Notes under the pieces: model-generated
What the model saw: the letters and a program-made list of their open reading frames with translations, nothing else
Databases searched by the model: none
Told to the model about the DNA's origin: nothing
Assembly (NCBI GenBank): GCA_031277535.1
Contig: JAITMD010000014.1
Location: 42,926-106,925 of the forward strand
Reading direction: 5' to 3'
DNA: 64,000 nt
Source: Flavobacteriaceae bacterium
GTDB lineage: Bacteria > Bacteroidota > Bacteroidia > Flavobacteriales > Flavobacteriaceae
Program-made: the position numbers and the translations under genes
Part shown: positions 18,936 to 27,939 of the stretch, in pieces
How the letters are laid out: each line of letters begins with the position of its first letter
Position numbering within the stretch: the stretch's first letter is position 1

Positions 18936-19168
18936 GCTCTATTTATTCTTTGTTTGTCTGTTTTAATAAGTTCAAGAAAAGGAGGGGAGAATATTAAAGT
19001 TGGTAAGCATACTATAGAAGTACACAACAGAAAAGCTTTGCAGAGAAATAATTAAAAAGAAAAGTGTTGTGTACCAGTCAGACTAAAGTAGAATGGTATA
19101 CCACTTATCGTATTGTGTAAGAGAGTATACTGTCAGTGTATTATATTACATTACTAAACAAGAACTAT

Positions 19169-19197
19169 AAAAAAAGCCGATGGAATGCCATCGACTT
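19169..19197 (-). terminator. Intrinsic terminator after GNAT gene
   Basis: Minus strand aagtcgatgg-cattc-catcggctttttt. Confidence 0.7.
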
Positions 19198-19213
19198 AAA
19201 GTATAATTTATTT

Positions 19214-19711
19214 TTATCTGTGTGTAATATAGTCCATTCGTTTGCTGTAATGGGTTATTCCATTGGGAAGTTCGAAAGCACGTGGAACATCATTTGTAAA
19301 TGCAAAACCTATTTTTTCGTAGCATTTAATAGCTCCAATATTCCAATCAAATACATTAAGTGTTACTAAAGGACTGTGTAGTTCTTCTATGCAATAATTC
19401 ACAAAAGCTTGCATCATTTTTTGCCCGTATCCTTTACCTCTACTATTTCGGTCACCAATTACAATACGTGCCAATTTGGTAGATTGATCTTCCATTACTA
19501 CAATTTCACCTACACCTATCACCTGATTTACCTGTTGATCTATTACTTTGTATAATTGAGAATTAGGTGTATTTAAGAAGCTGACTATTTGTTCTTTAGT
19601 TAGAGGATAAGTAAAAGCATCTCCTCCAAATTGAACTAATTCATCCGCAGTAAAATTCCAATCCAACATTATTGCAATATCATCAAGGGTAAAAGGTGTT
19701 AGTTTTATCAT
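19214..19711 (-). CDS. RimJ/RimL-type GNAT N-acetyltransferase
   Basis: 'KLARIVIGDRNSRGKGYG', 'LNVFDWNIGAIKCYEKIGF'. Confidence 0.9.
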   Translation of the reverse strand: MIKLTPFTLDDIAIMLDWNFTADELVQFGGDAFTYPLTKEQIVSFLNTPNSQLYKVIDQQVNQVIGVGEIVVMEDQSTKLARIVIGDRNSRGKGYGQKMMQAFVNYCIEELHSPLVTLNVFDWNIGAIKCYEKIGFAFTNDVPRAFELPNGITHYSKRMDYITHR

Positions 19712-20034
19712 TTGTAATTTTTTAATTTATGCAAAGGTAACAGTTTTGTATCGAAGTGCCTTAATAAGTGAGAAGCTATGAAATTACAGATAGTATGATA
19801 TTCTTTGCTGGTTTTTAGGTTGTGAAAAGAAAGTAACTAACAAGTATTGAGTATATTTATATTATTTTAGTACTTCATTGATGATAAAAATATTCAGTCG
19901 CTGTTGAATTGATAGATTAGGTTATATTTTTTTGAGATAAAAGTTGAGAATATTTTCTTTGAGAGTGTATTAGATTGTATCTTAAGTGTTGATATAGAAG
20001 AGAAGTGTAGTTAAGTATTTGATGATTAAGTAAT

Positions 20035-20949
20035 ATGGGGAAGATAAAAGAAATAATAAATAGAATAAGGAATAGAGACGTGCTTAAGAGTAGTTTTTCG
20101 CATTCTATTTCTACAGAAGTACCATTGGAGGTATTATTAGAGCAATTACAAATTTCCCCTGCATTAATTGATTTAGTTTTAGAAAGAGTAGAAATACCTA
20201 ATAATGTAGGACAATATAGTAGTGTAGATAACTATTGGTATCCACATCCACCTGTATTAGTTCCTTTTTTCTTAGATAGTGGCTCTTATTATAGAGGAGT
20301 ATTAAAGCATTTTTTTTGTTCAAGGCAAGTAACGTTTGTTGACTATTCGTTGGAAGTTGGACATTTTTGGGAAAAGGCGAGAAGTTCAAAACAATTTATA
20401 ACAGAGCTTATATTAGACATCATTATGTTGGAAGACGGTTTAAGTGCTACAATAGTAGATTTTTTTAAACAAATTGATTTTAAGGAATATAATGAGATTG
20501 ATACGTTCACTTTAACCTATGGAAATATACCAGAATACTATGATAAATTGATAAATTTTGAGGTAAATACGCCTTTAATCTATGTAAAGAGTATAGAACA
20601 ATATGATGGTGATTTTCCTTCTACTGAGAGGTTATTTAATAAAGCACAAGTTTATAATGCATGTTCATTTGAAATAGCTAATCAAATGTACTTGGAAGAT
20701 ATAGTAGATTTACCTGATTGGTTAAAACCAAAGGTAAATCAACAAGAATTATTTAAACAGTATATAATAGAAAATAAATTAAAAGAAGCTTGGTTGACGC
20801 TTAATAGCACAGGGTGGGAGTTAGGAAATGTTAGAGAGGCATTATGTCTATTAAAAACAAAAACAGATGACAAATTATTTCATTTAGTTGCTGATAGATG
20901 GATTAATAGATTTGAACTTTCTACTTGGAAAATTGATGATGTGTATTAG
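20035..20949 (+). CDS. Hypothetical protein (304 aa, cytoplasmic-looking)
   Basis: Long ORF in very AT-rich DNA; no signal peptide; no motif recognised. Confidence 0.75.
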   Translation: MGKIKEIINRIRNRDVLKSSFSHSISTEVPLEVLLEQLQISPALIDLVLERVEIPNNVGQYSSVDNYWYPHPPVLVPFFLDSGSYYRGVLKHFFCSRQVTFVDYSLEVGHFWEKARSSKQFITELILDIIMLEDGLSATIVDFFKQIDFKEYNEIDTFTLTYGNIPEYYDKLINFEVNTPLIYVKSIEQYDGDFPSTERLFNKAQVYNACSFEIANQMYLEDIVDLPDWLKPKVNQQELFKQYIIENKLKEAWLTLNSTGWELGNVREALCLLKTKTDDKLFHLVADRWINRFELSTWKIDDVY

Positions 20950-21131
20950 TATCTGGAATAGAAGATAATTAGAAGAATCTATAAATATTATCTCTGAAAA
21001 AAAGTAATGGTTTGTTATTAGTGTGAAACTTGAAGATTTCGGATGATATAGTTTGACAACCAATAACGTAAATTAATAGAAAAGTAATTAGTTGATTTTT
21101 AATGTAATTGTTGGTTCAAAAAAATATATAT

Positions 21132-21752
21132 ATGGAAGAGAATTTAAAAAAGATAGAAACTTGGCTATTAGAGCATGCTAATAAAATAGCTGTTTATTCG
21201 TTGCAGAGTGCTGCTACTGTACAAGAGTTGAAGGAGCTTGAGGAGGTGTTTGGAGGTATACTTCCAGATAATTTTAAACAATTGTATTTGTGGCATAACG
21301 GAATGTCTAATGATGAAAATATGGGGAACCTTTTTTATGGTATGGAGTTTTGTAGTTTGGAAAAGGTAATAAGGTATTTTCGAGATAATAAAAGTCAAAA
21401 ACAACAGAAATATCCTTTGCAACAAGTAGATGAGGAAATTGATGCTTCTGATATTTATAATATAAATTGGATCATGTTTGGTCATGATGGGTCTCGTACC
21501 AAATTATATATCGATTTGAAACCAACTTCAGAAGGGATTTTTGGACAAGTTATCTTTATTGATGAAGAAGCTGAGGTAGGGATTTTGGTAGCTAATTCTA
21601 TTGAAGAATTAATAGAGAAGTTTGTGAGTGATTTGACTGACGGATTGTATGATTTAAATGAAGATGCTTTGGAAGATGATGAGCATTTTTTGGAAGTAGA
21701 CCAAAGTATAGATTTAGTCAATTGGTCAATGAGTGAGCAGTGGCAAAGGTAA
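21132..21752 (+). CDS. SMI1/KNR4 (SUKH superfamily) immunity-type protein
   Basis: 'ATVQELKELEEVFGGILPDNFKQLYLWHNG', 'WIMFGHDGS...IDLKP..EG..GQVIFIDEE', 'VANSIEELI'; ATG at 21132 preferred over TTG at 21108. Confidence 0.85.
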   Translation: MEENLKKIETWLLEHANKIAVYSLQSAATVQELKELEEVFGGILPDNFKQLYLWHNGMSNDENMGNLFYGMEFCSLEKVIRYFRDNKSQKQQKYPLQQVDEEIDASDIYNINWIMFGHDGSRTKLYIDLKPTSEGIFGQVIFIDEEAEVGILVANSIEELIEKFVSDLTDGLYDLNEDALEDDEHFLEVDQSIDLVNWSMSEQWQR

Positions 21753-21946
21753 TAGCTCCACATGCTGCTTGAAGGAGTGAAATAGTTAAAAAAGATGTAT
21801 CGAAAGAAAAGTACAGAATTACATTTTTAGGAGCATATACTTTAGATTTTTAGTAAAGGTCATAAGGAGTAAGTTAAAGAAAAAGGGTTTATTTATAGAA
21901 GTAAGCGTTTCTATTTTTACAGATAAATATAAAATAGTGATATACG

Positions 21947-21978
21947 GATAATTTTATATGCACGCATATAAAATTATC
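21947..21978. promoter_or_regulatory. 32-bp palindrome upstream of etfB, candidate operator
   Basis: GATAATTTTATATGC-AC-GCATATAAAATTATC (perfect 15-bp arms). Confidence 0.5.
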
Positions 21979-22039
21979 AAAATAAATTCTTATTTTCGTT
22001 TCTGTAAAGATTATAATGTCAAACAAAAAACAAGATAGA

Positions 22040-22786
22040 ATGAAAATATTAGTTTGCATCAGCCACGTGCCTGATACTACTTCAAAGATTAATTTCACGA
22101 ATGGAGATACAGAGTTTGATACTGCTGGAGTTCAGTTTGTTATCAATCCAAATGACGAGTACGCTTTAACTCGTGCGATATGGTTTAAAGAAAAACAAGG
22201 AGCTACAGTTACTGTAGTAAATGTTGGTGGTGCAGACACAGAACCAACGTTGAGAAAAGCATTGGCAATTGGAGCTGACGAGGCTATTCGTGTGAATGCT
22301 AACCCAACAGACGGTATGTTTGTAGCAAAACAATTGGCTGAGGTTGTTAAAAACGGAGGTTTTGATATTGTTTTAGCTGGAAAAGAATCTTTGGATTACA
22401 ATGGAGGAATGGTTCCAGGTATGCTTGCAGCTATTTTAGGATACAACTTCATTAACTCTTGTGAAGGGTTAGAAATTGAAGGAACTGCAGTTACTGCAAT
22501 TCGTCAAATTGATGGAGGTAAAGAAACAGTAGTAGGACAATTACCTATCGTAGTTGGTGGTCAAAAAGGGATTGTAGAAGAAAAAGATTTGCGTATTCCA
22601 AATATGCGTGGAATTATGTCTGCAAGAACAAAAGCATTAGCTATTGTTGAACCTACAGGAGATGCTGCTGCAACAAAAAGCGTTAAGTTTGAGAAACCAG
22701 CTGCTAAAACAGCATGTAAGATGATTTCTCCTGACAATGTAGCAGAATTAGTAGAGTTGTTGCACAACGAGGCTAAAGTAATCTAA
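22040..22786 (+). CDS. etfB: Electron transfer flavoprotein beta subunit
   Basis: 'MKILVCISHVPDT', 'INPNDEYAL', 'LRKALAIGAD', 'GKESLDYNGG'. Confidence 0.95.
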   Translation: MKILVCISHVPDTTSKINFTNGDTEFDTAGVQFVINPNDEYALTRAIWFKEKQGATVTVVNVGGADTEPTLRKALAIGADEAIRVNANPTDGMFVAKQLAEVVKNGGFDIVLAGKESLDYNGGMVPGMLAAILGYNFINSCEGLEIEGTAVTAIRQIDGGKETVVGQLPIVVGGQKGIVEEKDLRIPNMRGIMSARTKALAIVEPTGDAAATKSVKFEKPAAKTACKMISPDNVAELVELLHNEAKVI

Positions 22787-22825
22787 TCTTAGTCAAACTA
22801 TTGTTTAAATTTAAAAAGAAGAATT

Positions 22826-23794
22826 ATGTCAATCTTAATATATGCTGAATCAGCAGAAGGAAAGTTTAAAAAAGTAGCTTTAGAATTAGCTTCTTATGCA
22901 AAAAAAGTAGCTGAATCTTTAGGAACAACAGTTACTGCAGTTACTGTAAATGCAGGAGACGTAAGTGAATTAGGAAAATACGGAGTAGATAAAGTATTAA
23001 AAGTAACGAACGATAAATTAGCGACATTCAATGCTAAAGCTTATGCAGATGTAATCAAACAAGCTGCACAAAAAGAAGGAGCAAAAGTTGTTGTTTTATC
23101 TTCTACAACAGACAGTTTATATGCTGCACCTGCTGTAGCAGTATCTTTAGAGGCAGGATTTGCTTCTAACGTTGTTGCTTTGCCAGTAAGTACTTCTCCT
23201 TTTGTAGTAAAAAGAAATGCTTTTTCAAACAAAGGATTTAACCAAACAGAAATCGCTACAGATGTAAAAGTAATCGCTTTAGCGAAAAACTCATTCGGAT
23301 TGGTAGAAGCTACAGGTGCTGCTACTACTGAAGATTTTGCACCAGCACTTAACGATGCTGACTTTGCATTAAAAGTAGAAAAAGTAGAGAAAGTATCAGG
23401 AAAAGTTACTATTGCTGATGCTGATATCGTAGTATCTGGTGGACGTGGATTAAAAGGACCAGAGAACTGGGGAATGTTGGAAGAGTTGGCAGACGTTTTA
23501 GGAGCTGCTTTAGCTTGTTCTAAACCAGTATCTGATTTAGATTGGAGATCACATGAAGAGCACGTAGGACAAACAGGAAAACCAGTAGCTGCTAATTTAT
23601 ACATTGCAGTTGGTATTTCTGGAGCTATTCAACACATTGCAGGGGTAAACTCTTCAAAAGTAAAAGTAGCTATTAATACAGATCCAGAAGCTCCTTTCTT
23701 TAAAGTTGCTGATTATGGTATTGTTGGAGATGCTTTCCAAGTAGTACCTGAGTTAGTTGCTAAATTGAAAGAATTCAAAATAAAGAACGCATAA
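22826..23794 (+). CDS. etfA: Electron transfer flavoprotein alpha subunit
   Basis: 'ADIVVSGGRG', 'VGQTGK', 'GISGAIQH', 'INTDPEAPFF..ADYGIVGD'. Confidence 0.96.
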   Translation: MSILIYAESAEGKFKKVALELASYAKKVAESLGTTVTAVTVNAGDVSELGKYGVDKVLKVTNDKLATFNAKAYADVIKQAAQKEGAKVVVLSSTTDSLYAAPAVAVSLEAGFASNVVALPVSTSPFVVKRNAFSNKGFNQTEIATDVKVIALAKNSFGLVEATGAATTEDFAPALNDADFALKVEKVEKVSGKVTIADADIVVSGGRGLKGPENWGMLEELADVLGAALACSKPVSDLDWRSHEEHVGQTGKPVAANLYIAVGISGAIQHIAGVNSSKVKVAINTDPEAPFFKVADYGIVGDAFQVVPELVAKLKEFKIKNA

Positions 23795-23817
23795 TATCTT
23801 TTAAGCGTTATTAAATC

Positions 23818-23867
23818 AAAGCAACTAAAACAAAGATTTGTTATCTTTGTTTTAGTTGCTTTTTTTT
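23818..23867 (+). terminator. Long intrinsic terminator of etfBA (contains TATCTTTG)
   Basis: 20-bp perfect arms aaagcaactaaaacaaagat/atctttgttttagttgcttt followed by a T-run. Confidence 0.8.
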
Positions 23868-23880
23868 ATAGAGTAGAAAT

Positions 23881-24477
23881 ATGAAATTGATAAAATTGGC
23901 TGTAAAAGGCATATCTTATAGTCATTCGCAGAATGGCGCATACGCATTGATATTGGATGAAGTAGAGGGGGCTCGCAAGTTACCTATTGTTATTGGAGCT
24001 TTTGAAGCTCAGTCTATCGCTATTGCAATAGAAGAAGAAATAAGTCCACCTCGACCATTGACACACGATTTGTTTAAAACTTTTGCAGATCGCTATCAAA
24101 TAGTATTAAAAGAGGTTATTATATATAAATTGATTGATGGGGTGTTTTATTCTCACATCATTTATGAACAAAATGATGAGGAACAAGTGTTTGAAGCACG
24201 TACTTCGGATGCAATAGCTTTAGCTATTCGTTCTTATGCTCCCATCTATGCTTATGATACAGTGATGGATAAAGCAGGAATTATTTTGAGTGGAGATCAG
24301 ATTAATCATGAAGAGGAGGAAGATGACGATGATTTATATGAGCATTCAATTATTGACGATGAAAATGGCTTAAAAAAGTACTCGTTGGACGAATTGAATA
24401 AAATGATGCAAAGTGCTATTGAAAGTGAAGACTATGAAAAAGCAGCTTTGTTGAGAGATGAAATAACAAAAAGATAA
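23881..24477 (+). CDS. Bifunctional nuclease family protein (DUF151) with C-terminal UvrB/UvrC motif
   Basis: 'LPIVIGAFEAQSI', 'RPLTHDL', 'ARTSDAIALA'; C-terminal 'AIESEDYEKAALLRDEI'. Confidence 0.9.
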   Translation: MKLIKLAVKGISYSHSQNGAYALILDEVEGARKLPIVIGAFEAQSIAIAIEEEISPPRPLTHDLFKTFADRYQIVLKEVIIYKLIDGVFYSHIIYEQNDEEQVFEARTSDAIALAIRSYAPIYAYDTVMDKAGIILSGDQINHEEEEDDDDLYEHSIIDDENGLKKYSLDELNKMMQSAIESEDYEKAALLRDEITKR

Positions 24478-24498
24478 ACACAAAAGCACAGCTATAAC

Positions 24499-25323
24499 AT
24501 GAAACAATATTTAAACCTTGTGCAAGAGGTATTAGACAAAGGAGTACAAAAAGGAGACCGTACGGGAACAGGAACAAAAAGTATATTTGGACATCAAATG
24601 CGTTTTGATTTGTCAGAAGGTTTTCCTTTGGTAACAACAAAAAAAGTACACTTAAAGTCTATTATTTATGAGTTGTTGTGGTTTTTAAAGGGAGATACAA
24701 ATATACAATACCTAAAGGATAATGGCGTTCGCATTTGGGACGAGTGGGCTAATGAAAATGGAGATTTAGGACCTGTGTATGGTTATCAGTGGCGCAATTG
24801 GAATGGAGAAGGAATAGATCAGATTAAAGAAGTTATCGATACATTAAAGAATAATCCGAATAGTAGAAGAATAATGGTATCGGCTTGGAATCCAAGTGTA
24901 TTACCAGACACTACTGTTTCGTTTGAAGAGAATGTAGCTAATGGTAAAGCTGCTTTACCACCCTGTCATTCATTCTTTCAGTTTTATGTATCAGAAGGTA
25001 AATTGTCTTGTCAGTTGTATCAGCGCAGTGCAGATGTGTTTTTAGGAGTACCTTTTAACATTGCTTCGTATGCCTTGTTGACGATGATGGTGGCACAAGT
25101 ATGTGATTTAGAAGTAGGAGATTTTGTACATACATTTGGAGATGTACATATCTATAATAACCACATTGAGCAAGTGGATTTACAACTTTCAAGAGAACCA
25201 AAAGCGTTGCCTAAGATGGTGTTGAATCCTGCTGTAAAAGATATTTTTGAGTTTACATTTGAAGATTTTACTTTGGAGGGATATGATCCACATCCAGCGA
25301 TAAAAGGAACTGTTTCTGTATAA
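24499..25323 (+). CDS. thyA: Thymidylate synthase
   Basis: 'GDRTGTGT', '[10 protein letters not shown]', 'LPPCH', '[18 protein letters not shown]'. Confidence 0.98.
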   Translation: MKQYLNLVQEVLDKGVQKGDRTGTGTKSIFGHQMRFDLSEGFPLVTTKKVHLKSIIYELLWFLKGDTNIQYLKDNGVRIWDEWANENGDLGPVYGYQWRNWNGEGIDQIKEVIDTLKNNPNSRRIMVSAWNPSVLPDTTVSFEENVANGKAALPPCHSFFQFYVSEGKLSCQLYQRSADVFLGVPFNIASYALLTMMVAQVCDLEVGDFVHTFGDVHIYNNHIEQVDLQLSREPKALPKMVLNPAVKDIFEFTFEDFTLEGYDPHPAIKGTVSV

Positions 25324-25334
25324 AATTTAATGCT

Positions 25335-25703
25335 ATGAATAATCAAGAAGCCATTGAACAATTTGAATATGCTAAAACACAGATAAAACAGAAGAAGATG
25401 TTGTTCTTCCACTTTATTGTTTTTGTGTTGGGTAGTATTTTGATGATTTGCTTTAACGAGTGGGTACAAGATTCTGTGGTATCAGGTAATTGGTGGCCCT
25501 ATACTGTATCGCTTTGGGCAATAGTTGTTTTTCTGCATGCAGTGAATGTTTTAATTGTCAACCGATTTATGGGTAAAAAATGGCAAGAGCAACAGGTTGC
25601 TAAGTTGATTCAACAACAACAGAAAAAGATTGATGAATTGCGTGCAAAAGTAGAGAAAGACTTTCCTTTAGTGGATGTAAAACGCGATTTGAAACAAGAG
25701 TAA
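25335..25703 (+). CDS. 2TM domain-containing protein
   Basis: Two hydrophobic helices ('FFHFIVFVLGS..', 'W..LWAIVVFLHA') plus a coiled-coil C-terminus. Confidence 0.75.
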   Translation: MNNQEAIEQFEYAKTQIKQKKMLFFHFIVFVLGSILMICFNEWVQDSVVSGNWWPYTVSLWAIVVFLHAVNVLIVNRFMGKKWQEQQVAKLIQQQQKKIDELRAKVEKDFPLVDVKRDLKQE

Positions 25704-25742
25704 TACCATCTTTTACGATGGATAAAAAGATAAAAATTTGCT

Positions 25743-26228
25743 ATGTTAACACTGATTGCTGCAGTAGCAGAGAATAATGCGATAGGAAAAGATAATGATT
25801 TGTTGTGGCATTTGCCAGATGATTTTAAGCATTTTAAAAGCTTGACAACAAATCACTATATTATTATGGGACGAAAAACATTTGAAAGTTTTCCAAAGCC
25901 ATTGCCTAATAGAACACATTTGATTGTTACAAGACAAAAAGACTATCAAGCTCCAGAGGGATGTTTGGTGTTTTTAAGTTTGGCAGACGCTATTGCATAT
26001 AGCAAAGAACAAGAAGAGGTATATGTGATAGGAGGAGGAGAAATATATACCCAAGCATTGCCTTTGGCAGATAAGATTGAGTTGACTAAAGTACATTGTA
26101 CTTTAGAAGCTGATGTTTTTTTTCCAGCAATAGATGAATCTATATGGAAAATAACAAGAGAAGACTTTCATCCAAGTGATGAGAAACACCTTTATAGTTT
26201 TACATTTCAAACCTTTGTTCGTAAATAA
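25743..26228 (+). CDS. folA: Dihydrofolate reductase
   Basis: 'IAAVAENNAIG', 'WHLPDDFKHFK', 'IMGRKTFES', 'PLPNR', 'IGGGEIY'. Confidence 0.97.
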   Translation: MLTLIAAVAENNAIGKDNDLLWHLPDDFKHFKSLTTNHYIIMGRKTFESFPKPLPNRTHLIVTRQKDYQAPEGCLVFLSLADAIAYSKEQEEVYVIGGGEIYTQALPLADKIELTKVHCTLEADVFFPAIDESIWKITREDFHPSDEKHLYSFTFQTFVRK

Positions 26229-26235
26229 ATAAGTT

Positions 26236-27144
26236 ATGATGAAATCTATTCTATTAGCAAGTGCTTTGTTATGTGCTACTTTTACGATTGCACAGCAAAA
26301 GAATACTGTGAAAACTCAGGGAAGTGCACAGAAAAAAGTAGAAACTAAAGTTTCTAATACAGAACCTCAAGACAAAAAAGAGGTGAAGAAAGTAATTGTA
26401 GATTTGCCAAAAATAGAAGCTAAACTACAAGGAACAGAACCTTTACAAAAGAACCAATTGTTTGTAGGAAAAGATATTTATGATGATATTTATTTTACAG
26501 AGAATAATATTTTGAAGAAAAAAGGGAAGTACTCTACAACCAGTTACTTTAGTTCAAAATTAGGTAACCTGGCTCGTGTAGATTTGCAGAACCCAATGCA
26601 ATTGTTGCTTTTTTATAAGGATATGAAGTCATTTGTATTGTTAAGTAAAGAATTGTCAGAGTTAATGGTGTTGGATATTACAACTAAGTTTCCGTCTATG
26701 GAACCTACTTATATAGGAAGTAGTACTAAAAAGGAACTTTGGATAGCTAATGGAGCTAATGGAACTGTAACGCGATATAACTTAGGTACTTTAGAGCGTC
26801 ATACGGTTTATACCATGAAAGAGAAGGAAGCAAAGTACTATAGCTCTACAATAAACTCTTTCTTTTTTGTAGATCAAAATAATTTGGTAAAAGGGATTGA
26901 TATTTACGGAAAAGAGATTGTTTCTTACCAAATGGATAGTTCGTTTGATAAAATTCAAATATTAGATTACGATAAGATGTTTTATACTTTAAATGATAAA
27001 ATGTATTTCGTTGATATGTTGAAAGCTAAGAAGTATGAAATTAATTTAGAGGAAAAAAGCATCGAAAGCTTCTTTTATAACACTCAAAAATTGAGTATTT
27101 TCGCAGATCAAAAAATAAACAATTACCTTATAAAATTACCATAA
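26236..27144 (+). CDS. Exported hypothetical protein, probably beta-rich/propeller-like
   Basis: Signal peptide and Lys-rich linker; stop codon overlaps the ATG of the next gene. Confidence 0.75.
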   Translation: MMKSILLASALLCATFTIAQQKNTVKTQGSAQKKVETKVSNTEPQDKKEVKKVIVDLPKIEAKLQGTEPLQKNQLFVGKDIYDDIYFTENNILKKKGKYSTTSYFSSKLGNLARVDLQNPMQLLLFYKDMKSFVLLSKELSELMVLDITTKFPSMEPTYIGSSTKKELWIANGANGTVTRYNLGTLERHTVYTMKEKEAKYYSSTINSFFFVDQNNLVKGIDIYGKEIVSYQMDSSFDKIQILDYDKMFYTLNDKMYFVDMLKAKKYEINLEEKSIESFFYNTQKLSIFADQKINNYLIKLP

Positions 27145-27761
27145 TGCATATAGCTATTGCAGGAAATATAGGAGCAGGAAAAACGACATTAACCAATTTA
27201 TTGGCTAAACATTATGGGTGGGAACCTCATTATGAAGATGTTGTAGACAATCCGTATTTGGACGACTTTTATCATCAAATGGATCGTTGGTCTTTCAATT
27301 TGCAAGTATATTTCTTAAACAGTCGTTTTCGTCAAGTTCTTCAAATTAGACAAAGTGGAAAGGCTATCATTCAAGATAGAACGATTTATGAAGATGCACA
27401 TATTTTTGCACCTAATTTACATTCAATGGGATTGATGTCTAATAGAGATTTTCAAAATTATAGTTCATTGTTTGAATTGATGCAAGAGTTAGTAGGTGCT
27501 CCAGACTTATTGATTTATTTGAGAAGTTCAGTACCCAATCTTGTTGGACAAATACACAAGAGAGGAAGAGATTATGAAAACTCTATTTCAATTGATTATT
27601 TAAGTCGTTTGAATGAGCGTTATGAAGGATGGATTCAGGAATATGATAAAGGAAAGCTTTTAATTGTGGATGTAGATAATTTAGATTTTGTAGATAATCC
27701 AGAAGATTTAGGAAATATCATCACCCGTATTGATGGAGAGATTAATGGGTTGTTTGAATAA
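27144..27761 (+). CDS. Deoxynucleoside kinase
   Basis: P-loop 'IAGNIGAGKTT'; 'QDRTIYED'; 'PDLLIYL'. Confidence 0.93.
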   Translation: MHIAIAGNIGAGKTTLTNLLAKHYGWEPHYEDVVDNPYLDDFYHQMDRWSFNLQVYFLNSRFRQVLQIRQSGKAIIQDRTIYEDAHIFAPNLHSMGLMSNRDFQNYSSLFELMQELVGAPDLLIYLRSSVPNLVGQIHKRGRDYENSISIDYLSRLNERYEGWIQEYDKGKLLIVDVDNLDFVDNPEDLGNIITRIDGEINGLFE

Positions 27762-27770
27762 GAACGATAT

Positions 27771-27803
27771 AAAAAAGGTCAAGAGTTACTCTTGACCTTT
27801 TTT
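27771..27803 (+). terminator. Intrinsic terminator
   Basis: aaaaaaggtcaagag...ctcttgacctttttt. Confidence 0.85.
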
Positions 27804-27939
27804 GTTTTTTAAGACTGTTTTAACAGAACTATATAGTAATAAATCATGTTTTGTATTTAATAGCTATTATCTTTATACTTAGAATAAAATTTTAATCAGT
27901 CTAATGCGTTTATCGCATTAAATATATACCAAAAAAACT

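Noticed and set aside
18842-19027. 61-aa minus-strand ORF with non-ATG start
   Set aside because: It overlaps the 11-bp repeat tract and has no protein-like features, so it is probably a by-product of the repeat
12294-22039. Prophage, ICE or IS origin for the accessory block
   Set aside because: No integrase, transposase, phage gene, tRNA target or flanking direct repeat was seen
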